A DNA stretch of 64,000 nt from Octopus bimaculoides (GCF_001194135.2 NC_068986.1:80265850-80329849); one strand, 5' to 3'. Shown: positions 14,390 to 29,209, counted from the first letter of the stretch. Notes: generated by a model from the letters alone, not told the origin. Translations and numbers: made by a program.

Positions 14390-14780
14390 CAGGTCATCAT
14401 CGACTTACAACCAATCAACTTTACGATGATTGGCACACCAGCTCCCAGCAGCAATAATAAATATTCCAGTTGAAATCTAACGGGTTAAATTTCTTAGAAA
14501 TTAACCCATCTACGGATGATGTCAGCTAACAAACGCTTCGATGACCATCGAGGTAACTTTGTATTTGTTTATAAGATGACTGTTTGAGACTCCAAAATTT
14601 TTGACTAATGCCAGTATAATGGTATAATACAGAATGTTGTGTGACTTTTCCCTGAGAATCTACCTTAAGAATGTAAAAATATGAAACAAAACTATGTAGG
14701 CCTATAGGCTGATTTACGACCAAATCGACTTACAACCAGTCAGTCAGAACCAACTGTGGGTATAAGCCAATAATGACCTC
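14390..14780. mobile_element. pogo/Tigger-like MITE
   Basis: TA-flanked imperfect TIRs CAGGTCATCATCGACTTACAACC / GGTATAAGCCAATAATGACCTC; CGACTTACAACCA is repeated internally. Confidence 0.6.
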
Positions 14781-14822
<42 letters not shown>

Positions 14823-14825
14823 TAT

Positions 14826-15280
14826 AATGCTGCACATAGGTATAAACTCTTCTAGAAAGGTAAGTGATGAATAGGGAGTGTGGGCATACTTCTTGCAGAG
14901 AAATAAGGTCATAGAGGTAGTGAGGGTGTGCGATAGAGTTCTTAAACTCAGGCTAGTCTTGCAGAATGGAATAGCTATAATTATCTCTGCCTACACCCCA
15001 CAAGCAGGACTATCAAATGAACAGAAGGATCACTTTTATGATATTCTTCTGCAGGTTACCTCAAAGACGAGTGACAATGATCTCATCTTTGTGGCTGGAG
15101 ATTTTATGGGCATGTCGGACAGCATCCTGGTATCTTCCATGGTGTACATGGGGGCCATGAAGTTGGTACCAGAAATGAAGAGGGAACTAGGCTCCTGCAG
15201 AACTCCTATTGATCTGCAACTCCAACTTCAGGAAGCCAGTTAGCCACCTGATAACCTATCAATCAGGTGACTCTGCTGCC
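14826..15280 (+). mobile_element. RTE LINE apurinic endonuclease fragment
   Basis: VIEVVRVCDRVLKLRL...IISAYTPQAG...FYD...IFVAGDF. Confidence 0.85.
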
Positions 15281-15555
15281 CAGATTGATTTCATTCATTA
15301 ATTGAGAGCATTTAAAGACAGGTTTTAATGAAGGATTCAAAATTCTGAAAATAGTAATGACTATGACAAGCACTTGAAGAAAGCTAGAAGGTAGAAACGT
15401 CTGAAATGTTGGGACCTATAACAACTGAAATGAGGACCCCAGTCCAAATATATCAGTGTATAATAATGTTATGGGTTTATTTGAGATACGCAATGGCCAA
15501 GCTTTGGTGCAGTTGAATAAGATTAAGTTAGGTCCTTATTGCAGAAAGTTTTTAA

Positions 15556-15764
15556 CCTTTTAGCATTAAAACCAGCCATATCCAGCCCAAATGTTCTACT
15601 CATCTTGTGCTCAAACTGGCCACATCTGCCTCTCACACCATACCATTCTAAAAATAAGTAATCACATCATTGAAATCTCAAAGCTACAAGATCATGCAGG
15701 ATTAATTCAAAACAATGTGAATACAAGGTATTACATTAGACAGAGTAATCTGAATGCTAAAGGG
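15556..15764. mobile_element. piggyBac-type MITE
   Basis: TTAA|CCTTTTAGCATT...AATGCTAAAGGG|TTAA. Confidence 0.8.
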
Positions 15765-16459
15765 TTAAAGTATTCTTTTTAAAAGAATGTGCAGACATGC
15801 CAGGAATCATTATGGTTCCATAACGTTTAGCCATTAAGTTATCTCTGATCAAGTAGATCAAAAGAAGGCATCTAAGCCATGACCATCTTGTCTTTTTATA
15901 GATGAGGCACTACATTAGTCAATGTATCTTTTTCTTCAGATGGAAAGGAAGAGGAACATCATCATCTTCCATGCATGCATGGGTAGGGCGATTGACAGGA
16001 GCTGGCCAGGTAGAAAAACTACCCTAAGCTACTGTATCTGTTTTGGCAGAGATTTCACGGCTGGATGCCCTTCCTAACACCAACCACTCCATAGAGTGGA
16101 CTCAGTGCTTTTTACATGGTACTAGCACAGGCAAGATTAGTTTCGCCACGATTTTTACAGATGGATGCTGTTCCAAACACCAACCACATTATAGTGTGGG
16201 CTTTTAACGTGGTGCCAGCTTTTAATGTGGCACCAGCACTGGCAGGGTAACCAAGTAACTCACAAGACAAGGAATTACGAGAGGAGCAAGGCATTTGAGG
16301 AGGGGAACTTGTGTTAGAGGATGAAAGGTTAGAGTGTGTGACAAAGACAGAAGTAGGCGTCTCACCACAACAGAGAGGAATCAGATGATGAAAGGTTAGA
16401 GTGAAACAAATAGCGAGGCAGAAATAAATGTCTTGCTACTGAGGAGGTGTGTGGTTAAC

Positions 16460-16495
<36 letters not shown>

Positions 16496-17797
16496 ATAGA
16501 GAGAGAGAAAAGAAATAGAGAGAGAGAGAGGTACAAGAAAGAGGCCAGAAACGTGTGCTGATGTAAAGGAGACAGTTACCTAGTCAGAAGAAAAACAAGA
16601 GGAGAAAGAGAAAGAGAGAGATAGAGTAGGAAACAACATAAGTGGAAGAGAGAGCAGAAGAGAGATGGTGTAGTGCTAGGGTATACTCACAAGTAACAAG
16701 AATATGAGTGTAGAACCTGAGTAGAAAAATAGGGTGTGGGTGTTGATTACTATTTCAAGCAGGTCAAGCTATCACACATTCCCTCTTTAGCTCATGGCTG
16801 CATATGGATAAAGGATGGACAAAATGAGGAGGAACATACAGTGCTTTGTGGGTTGGGTATCTAGAGAATATTCAGTTGATTTATGATGCTTTAGCACAAA
16901 TGTCAGAAAACTAGTACCAAGGATTTGAGTGACAGCAAATAGTTCTACCAAAAGGTTCTATAGCTAGATGCAACTAAGAGCTTTGCTGATATCAAGAGTA
17001 ACAACTTTCTTTACAAAAGAGAGAGAGAGGTGGAGTGTTGCTCTAACATACATGTAATCCTGTGTGATTGATGAAGGAAGAAGGAAACGGTAAGAAGTAT
17101 TATAAGGGGTAATTATATGATGATGATATAAAATCAAGAGCATACGTTCAATACACTACGACAGTTGTTTTGCTTCTCTTAAGCTGTCAAGCAAGATTAT
17201 ATGCACCACTAGTAGGCTGTCTGAGTTTACCTATGCGACATAGGTAATTATAAAAACCAATATTCAGTTTTGAAGTAAGGGCAACAGTAATAAATTGAAG
17301 GCTTTAAAAAGTTTTTCACTCATTGGGGTGACAAAATTTTCTGTAGCTCAGTTTATATACTGAGAAAAAGGAAAAAAAAAAATTAGCAAATTTAAGAGTC
17401 TGGTATGGACAGGGTCCAATTTCAAAGCAATGCTTCTGGATGATGATTGGGAAGAAATTACTGCAGTATGCACTGAATAATGGACATGAAAAGACGATTC
17501 AAATTCTTATTTCTGTAACAATTTAGTTGAATATCAAAGCAAGCTCAGCCAATGATAACATTCCCATTGATGGGTCCGACCCATGCAAGCATGGAAAAGT
17601 GGATGTTAAAACAATGATGATGAAGCGTTGTTAAGTTTTTTGTCTGTCCTCACCAAAATGGATAACAAAACATAATGAATTATAATAATAAAAAACAATT
17701 ATAATAACAGTTTTGCTTGCTTTTCTCAAAGTAAAGAAATGGAAACATTCTGCAATATAAAAAAAGATTATACATAAAAAAAAAAGAGTTTACATAC

Positions 17798-17906
17798 TCA
17801 GTTATTGAAGCAAACTTGTTCACTAGCTGGGGCATACAAAATTTCAAAGGATTTAAATAGCAGGTGATGATACGTTGAAAATTCCAACTAAGAGCTCTTC
17901 TAATGG
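17798..17906 (-). CDS. RRN3: RRN3 coding exon 12 (A-IRRALSWNFQRIITCYLNPLKFCMPQLVNKFASIT-E)
   Basis: ctttcag|...|gtatgt, 109 nt, phase 1/2; matches human NFERIVMSQLNPLKICLP. Confidence 0.96.
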
Positions 17907-20192
17907 CTGAAAGAAGATAATAAAAAAAAATTCTTAGAACAGGGACAAAAATATAAAAAAAATAAGCACCACACAAAAACACTTCTTTGTTACACATGCA
18001 AGATTTTCAGGGATAGAAAAATAAGATTAACGACATAAAAAAAAGCAATACATAAACAACAACTTATTTTATATAAATTGGGGTGGTTGTATGGTTAGAA
18101 ACTTTGATTTCCAACCACATGGTCCTGGATTCAGTTCCCAGCAAGTGTCTTCTACTAAAGCCTTGGGCTGACCAAAGCTCTGTGAGTTCTCTTGGAAGAA
18201 GGAAACTGCAAGAAACCTCTCTCTCTCTCTCCAGATGGAAAGCTCAAATAATCAAGCCTCTATAGCCCTCCACCTATCTCTTTCCTGTGCCAGTCTGCAC
18301 AGTTCTGCAAAACCTCTGCCACTAGTTCTTTGATTTTATCACTAAATCTGGTTTTAGGTCTTCCTCATGCTTCCTATTGACCCTACACCAGAAGCTCTCA
18401 ACATGAGCAATGCTACCCTGAAGGGGGCACTGGGCATATCAAAGGAATCATTAAGGCTTTATGGGGCAATGAGGTAACATAATTAACATACTAAATTTTA
18501 CCTATAGTAGTAATTATATAATACATGATAAAAAACTAGTAATGGTTATTAAAATAAAATGGGATCTCATAAGGCACAGGGAAGTCATTAACTTATAATG
18601 TATAAAGTAAATTTACAACTTTTGTCTTTATTAATTTTTTATCATTTCACTGTTAAAAGCTTATACAATCCATTTTTAGAGTAAAATTTATAAATTATCA
18701 TCAGTGTTAATTTAGTTTAGTCATGATACTGCATTTGCCACTTAGGTGTGTGCTGGGCATAACAACTACTTAAAGAGTGGGAGCTACAAAAAAAAAAAAA
18801 GTTTAAGGGCCACTGCCCTATGCAAATCCATTTTTACCTCTGGGAAGGAGTGATCCTTATTAGTCTGCCCTCTATGCTTTGACCTGACCAGCATAGACAA
18901 CCCTACCAGGAACTTGCATTCTGCTGACATAGTTCTCAGTCACTCAGGCAAATAAACCACCACATCACAAGGACTGGGTTATTTTGTTGTGGCACTGATT
19001 AACTTTGTAAGCATAAAATGAAAGCAAACAAAAATATGAAACTTAACCAAACTTTTGAACATATTTCTCTGCTCTGCTTAATGAGCCAGGCACCAGAGGA
19101 ATGGGAAATGGTTTTCTAACCTGTCTAGGAGAGCGGTAATTCAGATTAAGAACTAACTCAAACTTTAATGACCTGCTTAATTTCTACTAGCATGGAAAAC
19201 AGATGTAAAATGAGGACAATGATATCATATATACCATTCTTTCATTTGTTTTACAGCCATTTTACCATGCTAGCATGGGTTAGGTGGAATATATTAAGGC
19301 ATTGTTTTACAGATGAAGGTCTTTTTTATGTTGCTAACCCTTACCAGTTTTTCAAGTAAAGGATCTCTTATTCCACATCTTAAAAAGTCAGTCTCACACA
19401 AACACATACATTACATATATGTGACGGAGTCTGTACTGTAGGTTTCCTTCAGTTTCCACTTACCAAATCCACTCACATGGCTTTGGTTGACCCAGGAAGA
19501 CTGAACCTAAAACTTAACTTCACAAATCACACAGCCATATCTCTACTTAAATATCACTACTTTACAAATTCACTAAGTCTAATTGGCATAATAGTCAACT
19601 TAATGATGATGATGAGATAGATATATATGTATATCATATTTATGTACATATATATCATACACTAAACACATAATCAACATATGTGAACAACTTTTGTTTT
19701 TGTTTTTGGAAGTGCCAAATGTGTTTCGAATTATACAGACAAGAAAGTAATATTTCAAATGTAGTATAGCTGCAAAAGCAGCAAAAAGACTGGTTATTTT
19801 ACCTTTATAAGATGGAAAAAGTTTTGTCTGTATAATATGAAATACATTCAATGCTTCCCAAAACACAAAAAAAGTTTGTTTACATATGTTGTTGCAGTCC
19901 AAAAATGCCATATTTAGAATTTAATTTGATGGAGATTGCTGTCAGTGGGCAGTTCAGTTTAATGGTAGAGTACTCAGCCAGCATCTGAGAGGTGCAGGTT
20001 CAAGTCCCATGGCTGCCTGCTAGCAGCTTTTGACATCTTATAAGGGTACAATACCCAATCTTTCTGCTGTTTTCACAGTATACTGCATTCAAAATATTAC
20101 TTTGTCTGTATTATACATTCATAATTATACTATGACAAATAAAGTGGTAATAGAATAATAGATATAATAGAAAAGCAGTTCATTATTCTTAC

Positions 20193-20374
20193 CTTTTTCA
20201 GAATCGAGAATGTCACGAACTCGGAAGACAAATACATAAAATACAGCTTGGCATAAATAATAAAATGGTTCGTGGTTTTTAAGAAATGCTGGTTTCTTGT
20301 CTTTATTGTTACTAGCCATATCAATGTAGTCGTGAATCCACTGACAGAATACTTCAAGGCATACTAATAAAGAA
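20193..20374 (-). CDS. RRN3: RRN3 coding exon 11 (S-SLLVCLEVFCQWIHDYID...HEPFYYLCQAVFYVFVFRVRDILDSEK)
   Basis: tttttcag|...|gtaaga, 182 nt, phase 2/1; matches human HGPFYSACQAVFYTFVFR. Confidence 0.97.
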
Positions 20375-22711
20375 CTGAAAAAGAAGATAAAGAAAATACT
20401 GAAAATAATAATACTTTTTCACTATCACAATCTGGTTGACTAATGGCTTATGAATGAAATTTTGTGCATGGAAACTGAACAGAAACCAACTGAGTGTGAG
20501 TGTGTGTGAGTGCATGTATGTGTACGTGTGTATACGCATGGCTGGATGTGTGGTTAAAAAGCTCACTTTACAGGACATGCTTTGGGTTTCGTCCCACTGT
20601 GTGGCTCCTGGGGCAAGTGGGAGGGGATCTGTATTCGTAAAAAAGAAAAAAAATTATATATGAAAAAGTCCCATTCTATGCTAATTACTCAGAGTGTATC
20701 CTTCTTTATGAGGTGATAAATGAATCAATTTCAATTATGAGGTGATAAATGAATCAATTTCATGCACTTCCAAAATGGAATGACTGATAGATAGATTCAT
20801 TGACACCAAACCCACAACTCACAGAAGCAAAGTTTCCACTATCACATATTTTTGATCATCTCGACATTTTCTTCTAGGTAGAATACACTTCTTTGTATCA
20901 TTTATTAAGATCAGGTATCTTTCATTTATGTACTTGCACCCATGTTGATGGGTGCAATAATGTAAATCTTTATGAAAGACGCACAACCTTGCAGAACAGT
21001 CATGTAAATACAAGCAAAAGCCTGTGCATTCTGGGTAGGTGAGCATTGTGGATGGTCTCTGGAGTATGTTTCTTGCAGTACAAGTATAACTTTTGACTAA
21101 TTGCCAGCCCGTGTTATCACAGATCAACCTATGACAAGCAAAACATAGTTCACAATTGAGCATACTATGTTATCCCAGATCAGTGATGAAGGAATTAATG
21201 ATAAACAAGGCTACATGTATAAAATATTGCAGTAAGAATTTTGTGTAATGTCAGCAATGACTAACAAATTTCGATTTCATTCACACCATTTGGGTGAAGG
21301 AACAAAGTGGCCTTTTTCTCAATGAGACAGAGTGGACAATGTTACTTAGAAAGAAAATTACCAACAAGGTAAGATGCAGCACTGCCAGAGTCACCTATGT
21401 CTGTTCTCTGAAGGACAATGTTCACTGCTTTTAAAACAGTGGTTCATTTTTCACTTGACATCACTTACACTCGCATCAATTTTGTAATTTGTGTTGTCCT
21501 CCTTGCCTCGCCAATAAAATGGTCACTTTGGTCTAAAACATGAACGATTTGAACAAGAAGTTGAACGTTATCAGTCACTATAGTCACTGCATGAAATTCT
21601 AGATGCAAGATAGATATGATCAATTAATTAATATCTAACAGAAGATATATTTATCATCTTGCAATACATATTGTCTCCCTTGCACCATTTATGACAGTTT
21701 AACATCACCTTTGTACTACGTCTTACTATATTTATACTATATCAGTAGTAACATGCCACAGGGGTCGATTTTACCTTTTATCCTTTCAGATCAATAAAAT
21801 AAGTACCAGTAATCGACTAACTCCCTCCCCCGAAATTGCTGGCCTTGTGACAGAATTTGAGACCATTATTACCAATAACTTTCGATTTTTTTTTCTCTTG
21901 TCATGCACTTTTGCAAAGTTCATTTTTACAGTTGCACAAAAATAAAACAGAAGGGCATTAATTTTTTCAAACGTTTTTTTTTTTCTTTAGGTGCAAACCC
22001 AACCACATGGTGTCAGGTTCAGTCCCCCTATAACACTTTGATCCAGTGTCTTATATTATAACTACAGGCCAACTAAAACTTTAGAAACTGAAAGAATCCT
22101 GTCATGTGAATATATTTATTTGTATATGTGAGTGAATCTGTGTGCATTTCTCTTTTATTTGTTTGTCATTTGACTACAGCCATGCTGGAGTACCACCTTT
22201 AGTCAAACAAACTAACCCCAGAACTTATTCTTTGTAAACCTAATATTTATTCTGTCAATCTCTTTACCAAACAGCTAAGTTACAGGAATGTAAACACACC
22301 AGCATCGGTTGTCAAGCTATGGTGGGTGGACAAACACACACACAACGGGCTTCTTTCAGTTTCTGCTTACCAAATCCACCCTCATGGCTTTCGTCGGCCC
22401 AAGGCTATATTAGAAGACACTTGCCCAATTTGCCACGCAGTGGGGCTGAACCCAGAACCATGTGGTTGGTAAGCAAGCTACTTACTACACACCCACTCTT
22501 GCACCGATGTACACAAATGCTTCTTGGTGGTGTCATTTGTTTGTAGTCCAAAACAAAAGCATGTCTCTGAGCTGTTTGTAGTTCAGTAGAACAAGAGATT
22601 ATTACCTCACTTGTAAACAGGTGGCAGCTGGTAACAGGAACTGTCCAAACATTCTCTCCTGACTCATACAAGCAGGGAAAAATAGAATAAAATGATAATT
22701 ATATGTGTGTA

Positions 22712-22773
<62 letters not shown>

Positions 22774-24947
22774 CATATCATCCCCTTTTCCATGCTTGTA
22801 TAGGTTAGACAGAGTTTATTGAGGTAGATATTTTTTATAGTCAAATGCCCTTCCTGGCACCAACCCTGTCCTGTTTCCAAACAAGGTAATATCTCCCCAT
22901 GGCCTGTCATATCTTTGCAGAATATTGGAAATGACAGTGCCACTCAATCATGACAATCATGCAATGCCAAGACAAGGAAACAAATACACACGTGCACACA
23001 GACGTGTGTGTGTGTGTGTGTATGCACCACACACACACATGACGATCTTTTTACAGTTTCCATCTCTCAAATCTACTCACAAATTTAAGAATGTAAGAAA
23101 TATATACAAAATATAATGAAATGATAACAATTGTAAGAAATAGTTATTGATGAGGTGTAGTTGGGTTAATCACTCTCAATTATGTTATTGGACATACAAG
23201 TTTGGAAGACAGAAACAACAATGACAGCTTTTGATCATAGTTACTACTGAAAGTTACGCTTAGTTTTGTACTGTCTTTCGTGTCATTTAATTCCCCGTTG
23301 TAAAGTAAGGATTCCTAACAGAGGCTAACGGTCATAGATATGTAAAGGAAGGGTAATTCAGTATGGAGAAGAATGTGAATCAAACTCAACTCTGGAAGAA
23401 TTTGGCCTCAGCTTACATGCATTGAGTCCTTTCATTTCTGGCAAATATGCCATGAACAAGGATAAAATATGCTTAGCCTTTAATGCAAATAGTTGGCATT
23501 TTATCTTTAGTCTATTAACTAGAATGTGATTCGAGTTTCAAACCACCTAAAAATTGATAGATGATAGTATTTCAAATTAGGGGAGCTAATTCATAATAGT
23601 AAAAAAAAATGTTACTCAGGCTATTACCTCCCCTACATTTGTCTTTTATTAATTTAATATATTGGACGTCAATTGTGATATTAACGCTTTAACATTCATT
23701 ACATCGCTTGTATGTGTGGAGGAGAGTTCGGTCATGAAGTATATCGCCGTCATTTGACCTCACCACTTTTTCTCACGTCCCTCTTCCATAAGTAGCTTCT
23801 AACGTCAGTACATAATACATTTTTAACCCGCATCCATCACCTTTTCACATTAAATATTCTTACTAATAGTCGAATTTCAACTCACTCTCAGCTCAGTTCA
23901 GTTCCAATTCTCCAGCTAATCATACACAATTTATTTCCAACTAGCCTTCATAATTCTTCCAGTAAATGTTTCATAGTCTAACTTTTGCAAAGATAGAAGG
24001 TATTTCTTCCCAACCATTTTCTTCACCTAACTACATTTTCTTATCCTTCATAATATTGCTAATTTGGAAAAAGTATGGTAATAGCACCAATATAATAGAA
24101 ATTAATCTTATCAAAAAGCAGTAGCATTTATTTTACCACATCCAACCAATAGAAGTTTAGTCCGTAGATGCAGGGAGCCCTTTGTTTTTTGAATCAAGTT
24201 ATTTAAAGAAAGTGTTCAAGTTAACATATGGCAAAGTAGAAGGTTTGACAATGAAGGGTTAGATATTGTTACATAAACACAGCACCAATGACAAGAATAG
24301 AAAGTGCAACAGATGTTCAGAGTGCAATGAGCAAGCTTCTAGAAAAGAGATAGAGGGGCATGGATTGAAAACAAAAACTGAAGATTCTTATTCTAACTAG
24401 ATTTTCACCCACAGAATCTATAAAATATAAAAAATTTTTTAAAGACCTTGAGCATTTAAACAACACAAAAATAACAGCTAAATACCCTTTCTAACACTGA
24501 AGAGAGGGCAGAATACATTTTCAGGTAGAGATCCAACTAAGTAGAATAATGCATTAGGTCAAAAGAATCACTACAAAGCCAAATAGAGGGTTCAACCATA
24601 GATTCTTTGAATTATTCCTGGCATTTAAAGCCCATTGATAATTGCACCTCATCATCATTTAATGTCCATTTTCCATGCTGGCATGGTTTAGATGGTTTGG
24701 CTGGGACTGGTAAGCCAGAGAGGTGCATCAGACTCCAATCTGTTTTGGCTTGGTTTCCATGGATGGATACCTTTCCTAACGCCAACCACTTTACAGAGTG
24801 TACTGGGTGCTGTTTACAGGTCACCAGCATGGGTGCCTTTTACAGGTCACCTCTAATGAGCAAAAGAGAGAAAGTAAATGAAAGCAATGTGTTTGTAGTA
24901 AAAAGAATTGCTCACAAAATATAGAGATGTAAGAAACTGAAACAAAC

Positions 24948-25078
24948 CTGACAGGTACATATTTCGACCTAGCAAGGAAACTCCCCAAATAAGAACTGCA
25001 AGTTACTCGGAAAATTGGTTCTGTATTTGGGTTGCTGAATTTTTTCCAGAGATAATCCAAAAATCCATCACACAATAA
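24948..25078 (-). CDS. RRN3: RRN3 coding exon 10 (LLCDGFLDYLWKKFSNPNTEPIFRVTCSSYLGSFLARSKYVPV)
   Basis: ttttcag|...|gtttgt, 131 nt, phase 0/2; matches human FLEHLWKKL...YIGSFLARAKFIP. Confidence 0.96.
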
Positions 25079-27635
25079 CTGAAAACATTAAAATTGAAAC
25101 CCATATTAAAATACAATTCCATACATATAAAATCAACATTTTTTTGCAAGCAAAAACAGTACATTTTTGATACACAAGCACCTACTGAAGAAACATTGGT
25201 TGAGCAGTCAGTATATTAAGATACTTACTAAAGTTTACAGATGGATGTAGGTTTGAACTGCTCCCAAGTGTGTGCAATAATCTTAATGTCTCAAGCAATA
25301 AGTGTGTCAATATTTTCCAAACAACTATAGCCACCTTTCACAATTTTAAACAGCTTGTGGTACATATGGTTGTAGGGTGAAATGTTTGAAAGTTGGGGGG
25401 ATTTTATAGATTCCAGCCACACTCAGAAATAGTTTCAACTCTGTACACATAGCTGGAGAGATGACAAACTAGTATATCTATTAAATGTACAACCACCAGA
25501 TCAAGAAAAGTTTAAATGAGAGCCTTCCAGAAACATTTATGAAATTTAACCTAAAACACCTCATTGAAATTATGATAAATACCATTAACTTAGCAGATAT
25601 CACATTGAAAATAATTCTTGAGTATTATACTTACACCAGCTGACAATGTGCCATCAATAATGACAGCTAATTGCAGTATTTTATATATAAGGTACATAAT
25701 CACACATACAAACATTCACATACTTCCCTTGTACACGCACACACATATACTCACACAGAGTTGAAACACTGATTTTTTTTTTTCACCCTTTCTTTTCTTA
25801 TTCATCAATCACCCCTTTCTTTCTCTCACTCTCTCTCAGTCAGGGCTATTACTCTCACTACTTCTTCACTGAATTACTATTTTCTCTCCTCTTCCACATC
25901 CAGTGTGATCCTGGACAAATATATAAAAACACTATGTTCATTATTATATTAGGAGATAAAGCCAAACAAAGACCTATACTAGTAACAGAAAATTCTATAT
26001 AATCCACCTACAAAATTATTAAAAAAACTTAATAATATCAACAAGAACATAACTTATTAATTCTGACAAAAGGTATTTAATTGTGCTACACATATTTAGA
26101 ATATGGTGATAAAAAGCAGATTTGAAGAGAAACAGGTTATGTGAGTTAATGGATCGATGTATAGGTACATAAGAAAACCAAGAAAAGAAAAATTTTCTGG
26201 TTCAATCTATCCTTTAACTAGAATGTATATTGAAGTATAATCAAAAATTTACCATTCATCATTTTTATGTCTGGTTTTTCCATACTGATACGTACTAGAC
26301 ATAACCTTGTTCATGAGAAAAAATTTCTCCACTGGTAAAGTTGCTATAGTTGTATGAAAAACAAAGCCAACCTGATAGCTTAACGAGATAGGATTGAAAA
26401 TAGGAATAACATAAATCTAGCACCAAAATGCAACTGCATGTCTTACAGAAGTACTAGTATACAAAGACATCTTCAGATAATTCAGCTCACAGAGCACACA
26501 TTGAAGAACAGGTATGCACAGCATGCATAATCTTTCCCAAACAGAAACCAAAGTTAATTCTCTCACTTGTGTAAAATTATAGAAACACAGACCAAAAGTA
26601 CTCTCAACATTGCAGCCAATCTCCCTCAAATTACACCATACCATCTTAAAAAGAAAGATATCAAACAATGTAGCCTTAGGTATACAAAATGATAGGATGG
26701 TAACGGAACACCTTTGATCAAGTCTGTTAAATAAGGACTGACTAGGTAGGAACTGGAGAAATTTCTGAAACTACTACATAAATTCTAAGGCTGACTCCAA
26801 ACTATTCATGCTCATCAATTTGCATAATTATGACAAGATTATAAAAAACGTCTAAGATTAAATATGTGATTTTGTTCAGACAGAATTTAAGAGTGAGTTG
26901 TCAAAAACTTGTGGATCTGACAATCAGATAATTTCATTTATGGTATAGACGAGACATTTATTTTCATACTTCAGGCTAGCAAACTTACACTCCAATCCAC
27001 AGCAGACAAACTGTAAATAATATATTTAATGCAGTGAGCATCAAAAACCGATTTAGAAATATTTATGCAGGCTTGATTGGCTGGTTAAGAAGCTTCTTTC
27101 ACAACTATGTGGTATTTCAAGTTCAGTTTTCAATGTGTGGCATCTAGGGCAAATAAGCTTACCATGTGTGTGTATGTGAGAATGGATATGTGCTCATGTG
27201 CACACTTGTCATGATATTGCATATGTGTAAGTAATTGTCACCGTCATGCAAATGCTGATGTTTGTTTCCAGTCTTCTATGACAAACATGTCTGGCCAAGG
27301 GGAAAAATTCCCTTGCTTAGAAACAGGTGAAGGTTGGTGACAGGAAGGGCAACCAGTTGTAGGAAATCAAAGAATTCTATCTGATCCATGCAAGCATGGA
27401 AAAGCAGACATTAGAATGATGTTGATGCATTGATTAGACAGCATTAGTTCAGATTAAATAGATTAATATTATAATCCTATTTACAAATACAGAAAACAAC
27501 TCCAAGAAATATTTTGGTCATTTAGACCTTAGTAAAACTAAGGCTTTGATATTCTTACTGAAGCATTAATGAAAGAATCATTAAATAGATATAGGATACT
27601 GCTTACAGGTAAGCATGGAAAATTACAATATTTAA

Positions 27636-29103
27636 CCCTTTCGTTACCATATTTCTAACCAAATTACACCCCTTATGTGTTTCAATTAATTTCTAACATT
27701 ATCATAAATTTAGGCTGGTTTCATTAAACAACTCTAACTTTTTTATTTATCAACATATTAATGTGATTTTTGGAAGATAAATTAACGAAAGGTTCTCAAC
27801 CAATTCTATACCAAAATTTTTGTCACAAAGTGACTTTAATTACAGGTAAATACAGGTAAATTCAACAAAATATAAAATTATTTAAATTTTTGTTCAAACA
27901 TCGCTATAGAAAATGGGTTATTAGCTAATATTCAATTGGGTATACAACAAAATATTATTATAGAAGAGTTGTGCACATTACTGGNNNNNNNNNNNNNNNN
28001 NNNNNNNNNNNNNNNNNNNNNNNNNNNNNNNNNNNNNNNNNNNNNNNNNNNNNNNNNNNNNNNNNNNNNNNNNNNNNNNNNNNNNNNNNNNNNNNNNNNN
28101 NNNNNNNNNNNNNNNNNNNNNNNNNNNNNNNNNNNNNNNNNNNNNNNNNNNNNNNNNNNNNNNNNNNNNNNNNNNNNNNNNNNNNNNNNNNNNNNNNNNN
28201 NNNNNNNNNNNNNNNNNNNNNNNNNNNNNNNNNNNNNNNNNNNNNNNNNNNNNNNNNNNNNNNNNNNNNNNNNNNNNNNNNNNNNNNNNNNNNNNNNNNN
28301 NNNNNNNNNNNNNNNNNNNNNNNNNNNNNNNNNNNNNNNNNNNNNNNNNNNNNNNNNNNNNNNNNNNNNNNNNNNNNNNNNNNNNNNNNNNNNNNNNNNN
28401 NNNNNNNNNNNNNNNNNNNNNNNNNNNNNNNNNNNNNNNNNNNNNNNNNNNNNNNNNNNNNNNNNNNNNNNNNNNNNNNNNNNNNNNNNNNNNNNNNNNN
28501 NNNNNNNNNNNNNNNNNNNNNNNNNNNNNNNNNNNNNNNNNNNNNNNNNNNNNNNNNNNNNNNNNNNNNNNNNNNNNNNNNNNNNNNNNNNNNNNNNNNA
28601 ATTCATTCTCTTTATCGCTATCATTGGAGCTCTCGGATTCACTGCTTTCACTTTCGGAAAATGAAACCTCAGATTCATTATCAAATACCACGTGCTTTTT
28701 TTTTTTCGGTTACAGAGTTAGATTTATCAAGGTCTTCAACGGAAAATCCTTCGAATTCTGACTCGCTGCTTGACAGAATAAAATTCGTATCCAAATTTTG
28801 AAAACACAACAGGAACAAATTTGGAAAAAAATCTCCCAAAATTCACAAAATTAAAAAAACATGTTGATCATCATACAAAACTGTAGCTGAACTGTTTACA
28901 CAAATAATCACGAATGTACTAACGAGATTTGCCCAGATATTCTCATTTAAATATGAATAGGTGATTACGGGCGGTTTTGGGCAGCTTGGNNNNNNNNNNT
29001 CTCATTTAAATATGAATAGGTGATTACGGGCGGTTTTGGGCAGCTTGGTCACATGAACCAAAATTTTTTTCGGGCAGCTTTGGGCGGTTTGGTAACGAAA
29101 GGG
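27636..29103 (-). mobile_element. piggyBac-type element, internally deleted or gapped, with a transposase N-terminal remnant
   Basis: TTAA TSDs at 27632-35 and 29104-07. Perfect 14-bp TIR CCCTTTCGTTACCA. Minus-strand acidic SSSESEFEGFS...SESESSESESSNDSD, typical of piggyBac transposase N-termini, frameshifted at an A run. Confidence 0.85.
27985..28600. other. Assembly gap (N). Other gaps: 33001-33434, 49815-50720, 58100-58310, 58879-58978, and 10-N joins at 28990, 48202 and 54508
   Basis: Runs of N. Confidence 1.
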
Positions 29104-29209
29104 TTAACAAAATAAATTCTTGCAGTTAATTACAGACATAACATACAGAAATAATTATGCAAAAAATAAAAAAAGGAGGAAACAAAATAGAAAAAAAAAC
29201 TCTACTTAC

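Noticed and set aside
20706-20763. 29-bp perfect tandem duplication
   Set aside because: An ordinary slippage duplication with no further structure.
21270-21600. Possible Tc1/mariner remnants (also ~25150-25500) and an L2-like remnant (~26420-26800)
   Set aside because: Too decayed to support a call by eye.
27932-28801. Long ORFs in the track spanning N runs (also 32908-33582, 49465-50788, 57837-59050)
   Set aside because: Artefacts of translating N gaps; only the short piggyBac N-terminal piece is meaningful.
28940-29050. Exact direct repeats flanking 10-N joins (also ~48130-48260, ~54425-54600, ~57950-58450)
   Set aside because: Identical sequence on both sides of a small gap is typical of unmerged contig overlaps, not biology.
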